Shown: one piece after another, positions 37,139-48,567 of the stretch
How positions within the stretch are numbered: position 1 is the first letter of the stretch
Layout: each line of letters starts with the position of its first letter
Assembly (NCBI RefSeq): GCF_018350175.1
Contig: NC_058368.1
Span: forward strand, 75,766,001-75,830,000
DNA length: 64,000 bases
Reading direction: 5' to 3'
DNA from: Felis catus
Lineage: Eukaryota
The notes under the pieces: model-generated
What the model was told of the DNA's origin: nothing
Databases searched by the model: none
What the model saw: the letters and a program-made list of their open reading frames with translations, nothing else
Program-made: the position numbers and the translations under genes

Positions 37139-38122
37139 ACTGGAGCTGTCAAGAAAAACAGATCAGATGTGGCTGATCAGCAATGAAGGTGAGTCGTCAG
37201 AAGTAGAATCTGAGAACCAAACTGGGAAGTAATTGGGAGAGGCCTGGCCACTGGCCAGCTCCCCAAGGAAGAGAAGTAAAAATACACGGGCGCTAACACA
37301 GAAGGCAGAACGAGGGGTAGGGTTAGCAGGAAAGAACAATATAGTTGGGATCTCAACGGACTGAGATGTGGAGCATGGTCTTAGGACATGCAGGCTTCCT
37401 CTTTGCCCAGAACACAGGCCCACGCCGATAGGTGTCATAGCCAGCTTGGGACACTACCCACCGCATGCATATTTGTGACTAAATGACCTGAGCACAGGAA
37501 AAGTAAGCTTGCCACCACCTTTCAGCAAAGGGGACTGCCTGGTGACCTATTCCTGGAGGATGTTGGACCCACATAAAATCACGTTCACTCATTCCACTTG
37601 CCTCCCGTAAACAGCAACAACAACAACACATTATTGAACAAAACCAAAGGTTTTGCTTTTCTTTTTCCTTCCAAAAGACAAATAAGTGTCTTTAGGTTCA
37701 TATGCTTATACGAGAAGAATCTGGGTTAATGATATACGGTGTCAGCTCTGCCCCAGCATCACATGACCCTCAACACATAGCAACTGCCCCATCGTGGAGA
37801 AGTCTCCAAGAGGCCACAGCTTTATCATATCAGTACAACATATCGTGTTCCTGAGAAGTGCATGGGGAAGCGTGTCCTGACATGGCCAGTGGGGAGAGTT
37901 CTATGGCTTCCCCAGCTTGTCGGGGATTTAGGCTGAATGTTGCTTAAGGCATAAGCTAGTAATGTAGATAATACTACAGTATCAGATGACTCTCGTAACT
38001 ATTTTTTTTGCAGATACGTGCTCTACATTAATAATCCCTTACTTGTTTGCATAAAAATTATATCCAATCTGATTTAAACTGAAACTATTCATGTTACCTT
38101 AAGGAACTGTTGCTATTGCTAT

Positions 38123-38420
38123 TCTCTTTTCTTTTCTTTTCTTTTCTTTTCTTTTCTTCTTTTCTTTTCTTTTCCTTTTCCCTTCTTTCTTTCTTTCTTT
38201 CTTTCTTTTTCTTTCTTTCTTCTTTCTTTCTTTTTTCTTTCATTTATTTTGAGAGAGAGACAAAGCATGAGTCGGGAGGGGTAGAAAGAGACAGAGAGAA
38301 TCCTACGCAGGCTCCGCACTGACAGTGCAGAACCCAATGCGAAGCTCGAACCCACAAATGGTGAGATTATGACTTAAGCCGAAGTTGGATGCTTAACCGA
38401 TCGAGCCACCCAGGGGCTCA
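38123..38420 (-). mobile_element. Can-SINE with tail expanded into (TTTTC)n/(TTTC)n
   Basis: gcttaaccgatcgagccacccagg; ~120-nt pyrimidine tail. Confidence 0.9.
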
Positions 38421-39043
38421 GGAACACTTTCTTTCAAAATGTTTGTCTTTGGCCATCGTTTCATAATGTTTCATCATGGTCATGATACTGACACGCTCAA
38501 TTAAAATCACAGTTGTCTGCTATGAAAACAACAGTTTGGTTTGGATCCGAAGCCCGTCAGTGCCAGCGTAAGTCACACAGTCTTCCACAATGCAGGTATG
38601 ATGTTTCCTCATGGGGCCACAGGGATTGCCAATGCCATGCAACAGGAAACACACCCAGAAGATGACAGCCTCACATCCCTGCACAGGGTCACAGCAGGGG
38701 GTTAAGTGGAATCTCCAGCCATACAAGTCAATCTGACAGCAAGCTAGGAATGCCCCTGTGGTCCACCTATGGGGCACACATCACCCTAGGGGATTGAAAG
38801 TTGGTGTATTTTTAATTCCAGTATTCTTTAACCTCTGTGGATATCATTTGGCCCAATTTGGAAATCTAGAGAATCTTAGAGAAAACAAAACAAAACAAAA
38901 CAAAAAACTAGCAAATTAGCAACTGAAGTTAGGTTTGTTGAACCGTACTTATTCCCCTGATACGGAGTAATAATTTGAGACTAGACCCCATACATTTTTC
39001 ATGTATTCCATAATGCAGTTAAAACTTATCTTGCATATTTGAT

Positions 39044-39261
39044 GGGGCGCCTGGATGGCGCAGTCGGTTAAGCGTCCGACTTCAGCCAGGTCACGATCCG
39101 CGATCCGTGAGTTCGAGCCCCGCATCAGGCTCTGGGCTGATGGCTCAGAGCCTGGAGCCTGTTTCTGATTCTGTGTCTCCCTCTCTCTCTGCCTCTCCCC
39201 CGTTCATGCTCTGTCTCTCTCTGTCTCAAAAATAAATAAAAGTCAAAAAAAAAATTTTTTT
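39044..39261 (+). mobile_element. Young felid Can-SINE
   Basis: 22-bp TSD aaacttatcttgcatatttgat. Confidence 0.98.
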
Positions 39262-39895
39262 AAACTTATCTTGCATATTTGATTTTTGTGGGTTTTCTGA
39301 TGGCCAAATGACACACAAGTGAATTTTGCTGATTCCTCTGCACTAACTAGAGTCTGTTGCACTTGGCTTGGCATTCAAGACTTCCCTCCAAACTATTGTG
39401 CTGTCTCCGTGCTCACCTCCCACCCCAACGCCAAATGTGCTTGACCTTCTAGACATACACAATCCTGCTCCTTATACAATGGCTGCTGCTATGCTTACCC
39501 TGCTTTTGTCAGCCTGTGATGTCTTTCTGTATCTCGCCAACAGATTTCAGTTCAATTGGACACACATGTATTGATCCCTAGACCCATTATGGTGTGTGAC
39601 TCATAGATCGTGCACATTTGTGTTTGTAAATAAATGATGAAACGGCCATGTACAAATGTTTTCTTAAGTGCTGCAAGGCATAGAAGGATGCAAAGGATAT
39701 GATCTTTCACCTTGAGGAAATCACAAGCTAGACAGGAAAATAATACTGCAAACAACTATTAAAAATGCATGAAATCAGTTTCATAGTCATGAGGATGGCA
39801 TATGAGGCTGGTCTGAAATAACAAGTGTTGTTGGGAGCTCAGGGAAGGCTTTCCAAGAGGGTGGCATTTTATTTGGGGGCACTGATATTTAAACA

Positions 39896-40126
39896 CAGTA
39901 AAACCATGGATTGTGAGTAACTTGTTCTGAGTGTATCCTGCAAGGTAAGAAAACATTTCTAGTACATTTTAACTTGGTAAACAAGCGATGTCTTGCAATG
40001 TAGTACATGATGCTGAATGTCACGTGATCACAACTGAACCAACGGTTCTTGAAATTTGCTTTGATATACAAGTGATTACAAGCATGTTTCCGGAACAGAT
40101 TATGCCCACAAGTCAAGGTTTTACTC
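39896..40126 (+). mobile_element. Non-autonomous Tigger derivative (MITE)
   Basis: Ends cagtaaaaccatggattgtgag...cacaagtcaaggttttactc|ta; both halves align to the ends of the element at 44008-46532. Confidence 0.9.
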
Positions 40127-40349
40127 TATAAGGAAAGGCAAAGCTGGCTTTGGAAAAGCTCTCAGCAGTGTCTTCTGGTATGAAGGTGTGAGGCTGGGTA
40201 TTGAGAACTTTCAAGAGCTGGTTGATTACAACTCCATCCTCAAAGCTCATGGCAAATCTAATTTCCTCATAAAGCTTTTAAGTCCACACTCACTGCCTGC
40301 ATCCTTCCCTTACTCCCTGTGACTGTATGTTTATTTGGAGGTTAGATGT

Positions 40350-40690
40350 ATTGATCAAGTTAGGCAAACAGAAGTGAAGTAACTTATCATTCTGAAATCT
40401 CAATGGCTTTACCCAATGAAGATCATTTCTGGCGTAGGCTCCAACACCATCATAGGAGATCAGGTACACATAATCTTCTCTGACCCCTAAGGCCTCCATG
40501 GAGTCCTCCTGTAGACTATCTATCTACAAAGAATGAGCATGCAGAGGACAGACCTTACAGGAATGTCCATAGAATGTCTCCACCCACATTCTATGGCTGC
40601 GACTACCATGCACCCCGAGAGATGTACGGGAACTGGAAAAGGCCATGTTCCTGTGCACCAAGGAAGAATCTGGAAGTTTTGTGGATACAC
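40350..40690 (-). mobile_element. Old MLT1 (J/K-like) LTR remnant
   Basis: ctgaaatctcaatggcttt...cccacattctatggc...ttcctgtgcaccaaggaagaa. Confidence 0.5.
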
Positions 40691-41373
40691 AATATCGTGT
40701 GTGCGACATGAGTTCATAATTAATCCAGCACTTGTGACATACCTACGTGTATCTGACACCAGAGCAGGTCAAGTCATAATATCAACTGTCTTTCAAAACG
40801 TGAGTATCTGAAAATATCATGAACTATACAGTTCAACGTTTCTAGGTCTTGTTCTAGTTAATATTTCTGCTCAATCATTTGGTCATTCTTATCCATGAGG
40901 ATTTTTTAAACTTTAAAAAACATCAATATGGTTTCTATTGACAAAAATTCCAATTTAAAGTTTTTCAAGATGGCCACAAAGCCTGGAAACAAAAGTAAAT
41001 ACACCTGACAAATGGGCATTGGTATTATGTTACATGGTACACTCAATATGTTATCTCCTTAGAAAATGTGTGCAAAATTTTAATGAGCATGGTACATTAA
41101 TAAAGCATCTCTATCAATATATGAAAATGTACCTGATGTGTTGCTTCAGTAATTTTTTTTTTCTGATTTTCGGCAATTGAGCATGTGCTTCTGGCATATT
41201 CCACTAGAAGTAAATTTTAATCTGTAAAATCAACCTATCAATCAAGATTAAAAAACTTAAAATACACATTCAAGGCTCTATGACCATGCTGTATATATTT
41301 TTATGATTGCCGCAAAATATTTCAAGGTTACTTTAAGATTTTAAGGGTAGTACCAGTTTAAGATTACATTTAT

Positions 41374-41570
41374 GGGGTGCCTGGGTGGCTCAGTCAGCTA
41401 AGCGTCTGACATCATGATCTCATGGCTCGTGAGTTCGAGCCCCACATCAGGCTTTCTTCTGTCAGTGTGGAGCCCACTTCAGCTCCTGTCTCCCTCTCTC
41501 TGCCATTCCCCATCTCGTGCTTTCTCTCTGTCTCAAAAACAAATTAAAACATCCAAAAAAAATTTTAAAA
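41374..41570 (+). mobile_element. Can-SINE
   Basis: Head (short deletion) and tail. Confidence 0.9.
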
Positions 41571-42239
41571 ACAAGGTTAAATTTGTAACATCTAACTCTT
41601 CAGATTAGTTTTCAGAAGCCCTGTGGGCTAAGCAAAAATCTAGGGGTACACAGGCATGGCGGGGCTAACGGACCCATCCTATACACTGACCTGCCATATT
41701 GCTCTTTTTAACATGATTCTATCCAAAAACACCTGAGACATACATAGCATTCTGGTTTTCCTTCCTCAATTCTTTCATAACTGTTCTCTACAGAGGCTGT
41801 CACCTTTACTGGGTATTTATGCTCTTTTGGGCTCTCACCCATCACCATGAGAAGAAGATGACTAAGATCGTCCACTGATCCAAGGAGACAGATAGAGGCA
41901 AACTGAGCAGACTCCCCCCCGCACCCCCAGATGTGGTGGGGAAAGGATGGAGAAAGGAAATTATCTATAAGACACAGGGGACTTGGGATCCTGACCCAAG
42001 ACATATCAACATAAAATGCCCAATATGTAACTTACTTACTCAAGGTTCTACCTTGGTCTAACAGTAGCATGCATTGGCCCTAAGCACACAGCAATGAGAA
42101 AAACCTTTCTTATTAAACGTTAATCATAAGACAAGTGTTGGGAAAAAAATAAAAATCCAAGCTACTTTTAACTGTCAGATACATATAAACATAATGAAAA
42201 ATAAGCCACCAGAGGAGTAAAAACACGTGAGCCCTGGGA

Positions 42240-42475
42240 TTATGACTAAATAAAGCACAGAGGATTTGGGGGGCAGTGAAATTATTCTGAACAAGACTGT
42301 AATGATGGGCACATGTAATACACATTTATCAAAATGCGTAGAACATACAACACCGAGAGTGAACCTTAATATAAACTACAGACTTTGGTTAGTTAGTGTA
42401 TCAGTATTGCCTCAACAATTATAACAAGTGTCCCACATGGATGCAAGATGTCCACAGGAGACAAAACTGGGGGCA
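42240..42475 (+). mobile_element. L1MC-like 3' UTR fragment
   Basis: gcacagaggatttgggggcagtgaaattattctg...acaacaccgagagtgaaccttaatataaactacagactttggtt. Confidence 0.8.
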
Positions 42476-42873
42476 AAAAATCACATTTGTTAAAACGTTT
42501 TAAAAATTGTTTAAAAATTAATGAAAATGTAAATGAACATCAGGGAATTGGGGGAAAAAACAACAAAAAATCACGTTGTTAATATCAACCTGATTTCATT
42601 GTCTGACCCTCTGTGATGTCTCATCACGGAGAGAAGCCACTGATGTGACTGAGGTGCACGTATTCATATTCTGGAGGCAGACGAATGGTCCAGAATCACT
42701 ATAAAAGTCGCAGGTTCTGTACGGTTCACAGCTGCATTCTGAGTGGTCAAACGACAGCAGCCGGCAGCCTGCGTTTGAGCAGCTGCGCAAACCCCCACCG
42801 AGGCAACACGCCCATGCATTCCCCAACCCCTGAAGGTTTGTTATAACCTAAGTACATTTGCAATCTATTAAAT

Positions 42874-43090
42874 CAAGGGTCTGAAAACTAGAAGCCGTGG
42901 GCCAAACCTGCTCAGAGCCTGTTTTTGTAAATATTTCATTGTAACACAGCCACACCTACTTGTTTCTGTGATATTTGTGGATTCATTTGTACAACAGCCA
43001 GGTCGGGCGGCTGCAACAGAACCAGTATGGCCCAGAAAACCTAAAATATTTGCTATTTAGTCCTTTCCATAATACCTCCGTCAACCACTA
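42874..43090 (+). mobile_element. MER58A-like hAT-Charlie MITE
   Basis: gccgtgggccaaacc...gcctgtttttgtaaata...aacacagccacacc...gtatggcccagaaaacctaaaatatttgctat. Confidence 0.85.
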
Positions 43091-44007
43091 TTAAACTATT
43101 AAATAGTAGCACGATTCATGCTACTCTACTCTGACATATATGCTTACGTGCTTTGCAAAAAACCAAACTTTGTGAAGTTCCTTCCATCTATAATTAAGAA
43201 TATTTAGGAACTAGTGACTCTCTCCTCCATCCACTCCTACTCTCGAAGCAGATTGACAAGCAAAACGTAAACCCTACATCAAAGTTCCAGCTTAAGGAAT
43301 ATCAGCTGGATATTTTCTAACGCATTCTCTAAAATCACGTGTGCTGTGACATGCTCACAATGAACTGGGTAACGTATAATCCCCACAACATTCTCTCCAA
43401 AAAGGACAGGCAGAAAATCATGGATGTGCCGTGAATCACTCTTAAATCCCATCAACAAACATGGAGCAAATTATATGCGCTAGACCCGTGAGGTCAATGC
43501 TGAGTTAAAAGTTTTTTTTTTTTTCCTATTCTCATGAAGAATAAACTCCAATAAGATCAGACTGACATTGAGCAACGCACCCAGGAAATCAGACGTCACA
43601 GCGGTGCTCAGTGGAAAAGTACATGCTGCTTTGGGAGCAATTGTGAGAAGCAGCCTTGACACATTTGGTGAAATCTGATGAAAGGGTGGGACGTAGGTAG
43701 TGAAATCAGAGATCTAGCCTAACGGCATCAAGCAGTGGAGAGAACCACGCACATGAGCACAGCAAAGAGTGAAGATCAGGAGCCCATAGAATCAAAAGGA
43801 AGCAAGAGCAGGCACCAAACCTAGAGGCTCAAGGCCTTGTGTTCATTTCTAAGGAAAGCCTTCTGGTACAGCCTCTTCCAGATAAATGAGAGCAAACGTC
43901 ACTGTGTTCTCTTGACAGGCAATGGACGCTCCAGAGCACTAAGTATGGGTAGTGGGTTGTTTGCAACATAATTTCAGGGAAAGAGTAATTTACTCATGAG
44001 TCAAATA

Positions 44008-46532
44008 CAGTAAAATGTTTGATCGCGAGTAGCTTGTTCTGCGAATGTTCCACGGGATGAGCAAACGTTTCTAATAAATTTTAACTTGGTAAACGAACAA
44101 TGTCTTGCAATAGGGGTCGTACGTGATGCTGCATGTCACAGGATCACAACTGAGCCAATGGTTCTTCTCTCTCTCTCTCTTGCTGTAGGATTGTGGGTGA
44201 TCGTCTCCCATGCTCAGATGCTGGGTCTCAAGCCATGGTGTTTGGCAGAAATCAGTGATTTTTCAGAATGTGGGAAGGTCCCCAGAACTGTCACTAGTGT
44301 ATTTTTTGTCACTTCAAAGCACCTACAGACAGTCCTTTGCTCTTCCGTACAAGAGTGGGCTTAGGAATGCTTTGCTTCGTTCTAGGTCAGGCTGCCTGCA
44401 GATAGAGACCCTTTCCTCTGCTGCCTTATTGCTAGTAACATTCTATACAGTACATGACAAGAGTTTATTAACACTGTTGTGTAGCCAACACCTGTGCGAG
44501 CATATACAATGGCCCCCATTCATAAAAATGTTGAAAAGAAGGGTGGTAAGAAGGAGGAGATGATTACGGTGGAAGGTAAGAAGGAAAGCACTGAGAAGTA
44601 CAAACGAGGTATGTGAGTGGCCAAAATTGCAAGATTTTATAAGAAGTCTATGTCGACCACTTGCACACTATTAAAGAATAAAGAAGAAATAAGGGGGTTA
44701 GATGCAACACAAGGAATAACGAGAATATCAAAGCAATGGCCATGGTTCTGGAAGATGGCAAAAAAGTTGCTTCTGGTTTGGATAAATGAGAAGCAACTAA
44801 CATGTGATACTATGACCAAGAAATTTATCTGCGAGAAGGCAAAGGCCTTGTACACCGACCTCATAAGTAAACTGCCAGGTACAGAAAACAAAGAAAGAGG
44901 AAGGGAAGGAGGGAGGGAGGAAGGCAAGCTTGAAGTGGCATCCATAGTGTTGTGAGGCATGGAGAGGCTGCGACTTCAGATGCTAAGGCAGCTGAGGTGT
45001 TTGCTACCAAGTTCCAGAAAGTCATGGCTTCTGAGTGTTACCTGTTGGAGCAAGTTTTTAACTGTGATGAGACAAAGCTCTTTTTGGGGAAAAGAAGCCA
45101 AAGAGGACCTACGTGACGGAAGAAGAGAATGCATGCCAGGTCACAAGCCTGTGAAAGACCGTCTCACCCTCTTGTTTTGTGCTAATGCAAGCGGGGATTT
45201 CAAAGTCAAGCCTCTGCTCGTGTATCATTCTGAGAATCCACGAGCCTTCAAGAAATGCAAGGTTCAGAAGAGCTAGTTAAACGTTATGTGGAGGTCCAGC
45301 AGCAAGGCTTGGGTCACTCGTATCTTGTTCATTGAGTGGATCAACGAGGTCTTCGGTCCTGCAGTGAAGAAATGCCTTTTAGGAAAGACTCTGCCACTCA
45401 AAGCCTGGCTGATTATGGGGAAGGCTCCTGCCCCTCCTCCAGGCTTTGAGGATGACTTACTGGAGGAATTCAAATTCATATAGGAAGGTCAAGTTCCTTC
45501 CTCCTAACACCACTCCAGTCCTTCGACTCATGGATCAGCAGGCCATTTCGAACTTTAAAAAGCTTTACGCCAGAGCACTATTTCAGCAAATCTTTGAAGT
45601 GACCAAAGGAACAAACTTTACCCGCCAAGAGTTTTGGAAAGATCACTTCCAAGTTACGAACTGCCTCAAGGTCATTCATAAACCCTGGGATGGGGTCACC
45701 AAGAGAACCCTCGATTCTACTTGGAGAAAACTGTGGCCTCATTGCATTCTTGGACATGACTTAGAAGGGCTTGTTCATGAACAGCAGCCGCTAGTTGTTG
45801 ATGAAATTGTGTCCTCGGGGAAGACCATGGGACTGGAGGTGAACGAGGACGACGTTCAGGAGCTGGTGGAGGAACATGGCCAGGAGCTGATCACCCACGA
45901 ACAGATGGATCTACGTTGCGAACAACACCAAGGGGTTATGGAGGAGATCTCGTCTGCAGAGGAAAAGAGAAAAAGGCAGAGGAATCCCTCACTTCAAGTG
46001 AGATTAGGGAGATGTGTAAAATGTGGGAAACAGTGCAAAATTTTGTAGAAAGACATCACCTGAATAAGGCTGTAGCTGTGTGAGCGATTAATCTGTTTAA
46101 CGACAATGCAATGTCACATTTCCACGAAATCCTCAAAAGGAGACCAAAGCAAGTGTCATTGGATAGTTTCCTTGTTAAAGCTGCACTAGATGAAAAAGAT
46201 CTCATTGAGCCAACGGATATCGGTGATTCCGTTAGTAATGGTGAAAGTCTCCCTACACAATAACTCTTCTCTCTCTTGTCTCCCTCCCACTAGGCATGAT
46301 GGTTTTCAAAGGGAAGTGCAGGGTAATTTATTTTTCTTTATATTATGTATTTTCTTTAACATTTTATATTATATTGCAGTATTGAATCATTTTATGTGAA
46401 TATTTTTGGGTTATGGAACAAATAATCTGGGTTTCCATTATATTTATGGGGAAATTTGCTTTGATATACAAGTTCTTCGGACTATAAGCATTTTTCCAGA
46501 ACGAATTCTGCTCACAAACCAAAGTTTTACTG
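44008..46532 (+). mobile_element. Full-length Tigger/pogo (TcMar) DNA transposon fossil
   Basis: TA|cagtaaaatgtttgatcgcgag ... ctcacaaaccaaagttttactg|TA imperfect TIRs with TA TSD; internal transposase remnants. Confidence 0.95.
44509..46263 (+). pseudogene. Disrupted Tigger transposase (CENP-B-type HTH plus pogo DDD domain)
   Basis: VAKIARFYKKSMSTTCTLLKNKEEI, QVFNCDET, PGHKPVKDRLTLLFCANASGDFKVKPLLVYHSENPRAFK, MWRSSSKAWVT, FLPPNTTPVLRLMDQQAISNFKK split across frames; stops at 44614 and 46081. Confidence 0.95.
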
Positions 46533-46555
46533 TACTTTAAAATGAAACCAAATTA

Positions 46556-46777
46556 GGAGCACCTGGGTGGCTCAGTTGGTTAAGCGTCCAACTTCAGTTC
46601 AGGTCATGATCTCACGATTTGTGAGTTCAAGCCCCACATCGGGCTCTGTGCTGACCGCTCAGAGCCTGGAGGCGGCTTCGGATTCTGTGTCTCCCTCTCT
46701 CTCTGCCCTTCCCCCGACTCACATTCTGTCTCACTCTCTCTCTCTCTCAAAAATAAATAAAACATTCAAAAAAATAA
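46556..46777 (+). mobile_element. Can-SINE next to the Tigger right end
   Basis: Degenerate TSD aaaatgaaaccaaatta/aaaacggaaccaaatta. Confidence 0.95.
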
Positions 46778-47500
46778 AAAACGGAACCAAATTAAAGTAT
46801 GAAATAGAATATAAACTCCTAAAAAGGACTTTTTAAAAGTGTTCCATATTAATAGTATGGTAGGTGTCACAGGTGGCAGAGCTGAAGATAAAGAACACTC
46901 TTAGTCTGATAGACTATGTTTTAAGAGGCAAACTGGTCTCCATACACACATATGTCTAGGTTCCAGGAGCCCAAGGACCATGTCTGAATCTCCAGCATGG
47001 CCCAACGCTCAGCAAAGGGCTAGCCACCTGCCAGATACTAGGGAAATATTTAAAATGATTCAAGGGAAGAGCTCTTTGCATCACTTCCTAACTGGCAGTA
47101 AATTCCAGAACCAGTATTCAAACCCAGGTCGGTTTCCATCCAGTCTAAAGTGAAAACAACTACCCTGCCTGTTTCTCTTGTGTTGGAAAATAGAATTGAA
47201 TCATGCCTGGATGGCCCCGTTCACCGGCTGCATTAGGACCAAAGAAGACATTATTGAATGAGAATGTATTTTTTAAGCCAGAAACACTGGAAAAATGTAA
47301 GTAATTGAAAGATGGAATGTAATAAGTTTGTATCACTACTTTCAAAGTTAGAAGCAATATTCTCTAGCAATAAAGAACTGGAAAGGAGAACCATCTTAGA
47401 TTTTTTCTCTCTCTTTATCTAGGGAGGTTCTGAAACCTCTAACATATTATTTCTTAAGTGTTCACTTTTGTGTATTATAGGTTCATGGTTAATGACTTTT

Positions 47501-47700
47501 TAAAAAAATATGTATCTATTTTGAGAGAGAGAGAGAGAGAACAGAGGAGGGGCAGAGAGAGAGAGGGAGAGAGAATCCCAAGCAGGCCCCATGCTGTCAG
47601 TATGGAGACCAGTGTGGGACTAAACCCACAAACCATGAGATCATGACCTGAGCCAAATCAAGAGTTGGTCACTTAACAGACTAAGCCACCCAGGTGCCCC
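47501..47700 (-). mobile_element. Can-SINE (older)
   Basis: TSD tggttaatgactttt. Confidence 0.95.
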
Positions 47701-47817
47701 TGGTTAATGACTTTTTAATTTTAATTTTAATCCAAGAGAGCATTATATTTTATTCAACACACAGATCTCCACGAACTCTTTGAAAATTGCTTCTTCCCCC
47801 AACCTATTCCAGCAGAC

Positions 47818-47843
47818 CACACACACACACACACACACACACA
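47818..47843. repeat. (CA)n microsatellite
   Basis: Direct reading. Confidence 0.9.
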
Positions 47844-48404
47844 GCGTTTGCATTTTGGAAACCTTAAAATCATTTTTTTTTTTTGTCTCTGCCACAAGAT
47901 GAAAACATCCACCAACTTCCTGGAGTCTATCATGATCAATAAACACCAGACGTCTGAGAGTACCACAAATCTCTCCTCCATATTTCACGAAGAGTTTTCT
48001 GTCTCAGGCTCTAGTCAGTAAACAGAGAATAATGTTGATGCTTTGGGAGAAGTATCTGATTGACTGTGGAGGAAATGTCTCAACTTCCTCATCTAAAGCT
48101 GCACGATACTTTTTTTCCTTACCCTTTCTAGTTCTAGAATTCTTAATTAGCCAACGATACAGCATTTGGATATTAAGGAATTTGAAGCACTCTTACGTAG
48201 CCAGACAGGCACATACGCACACACACGCACACACACACCAACATAAATCACGGATCCAACTTCTAATTTTAGAATTGTTTTCAGATCCAATTAGACAATT
48301 TTTTTTTTTTTGCACACGCTGGTTTGGGGGCTACAGTTCCATCTGGCCATTGTCATTGTCACATGGTAGAGACCGCATCTCATGGGCACTACTTGAGCCA
48401 CACC

Positions 48405-48567
48405 ATTATTTCAGACTGTAATGTCCACACGACTAATTGGGCATCTTGTTAACTGCAGCTACGGGTTCGATGGGTCTGGAGTAGGACCCAAGAGACTGCA
48501 TTTCTAAGAAGTCCCCAGATGATGCTGATGTTGTTGGTCCACAGGTCACACTTCTAGAAACAAAGGC
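48405..48567. mobile_element. MER5A-like hAT-Charlie MITE
   Basis: gggtctggagtaggacccaagagactgcatttctaagaagtccccagatgatgctgatgttgttggtcc. Confidence 0.8.

Noticed and set aside
36829..37186. Phe/Leu/Ser-rich 'membrane protein' ORFs
   Set aside because: Translations of the (TTTC)n tract.
44509..46263. Domesticated TIGD/JRK/CENPB-like gene
   Set aside because: Multiple frameshifts and stops, a substituted catalytic Asp, and retained TIRs/TSD indicate a dead transposon.
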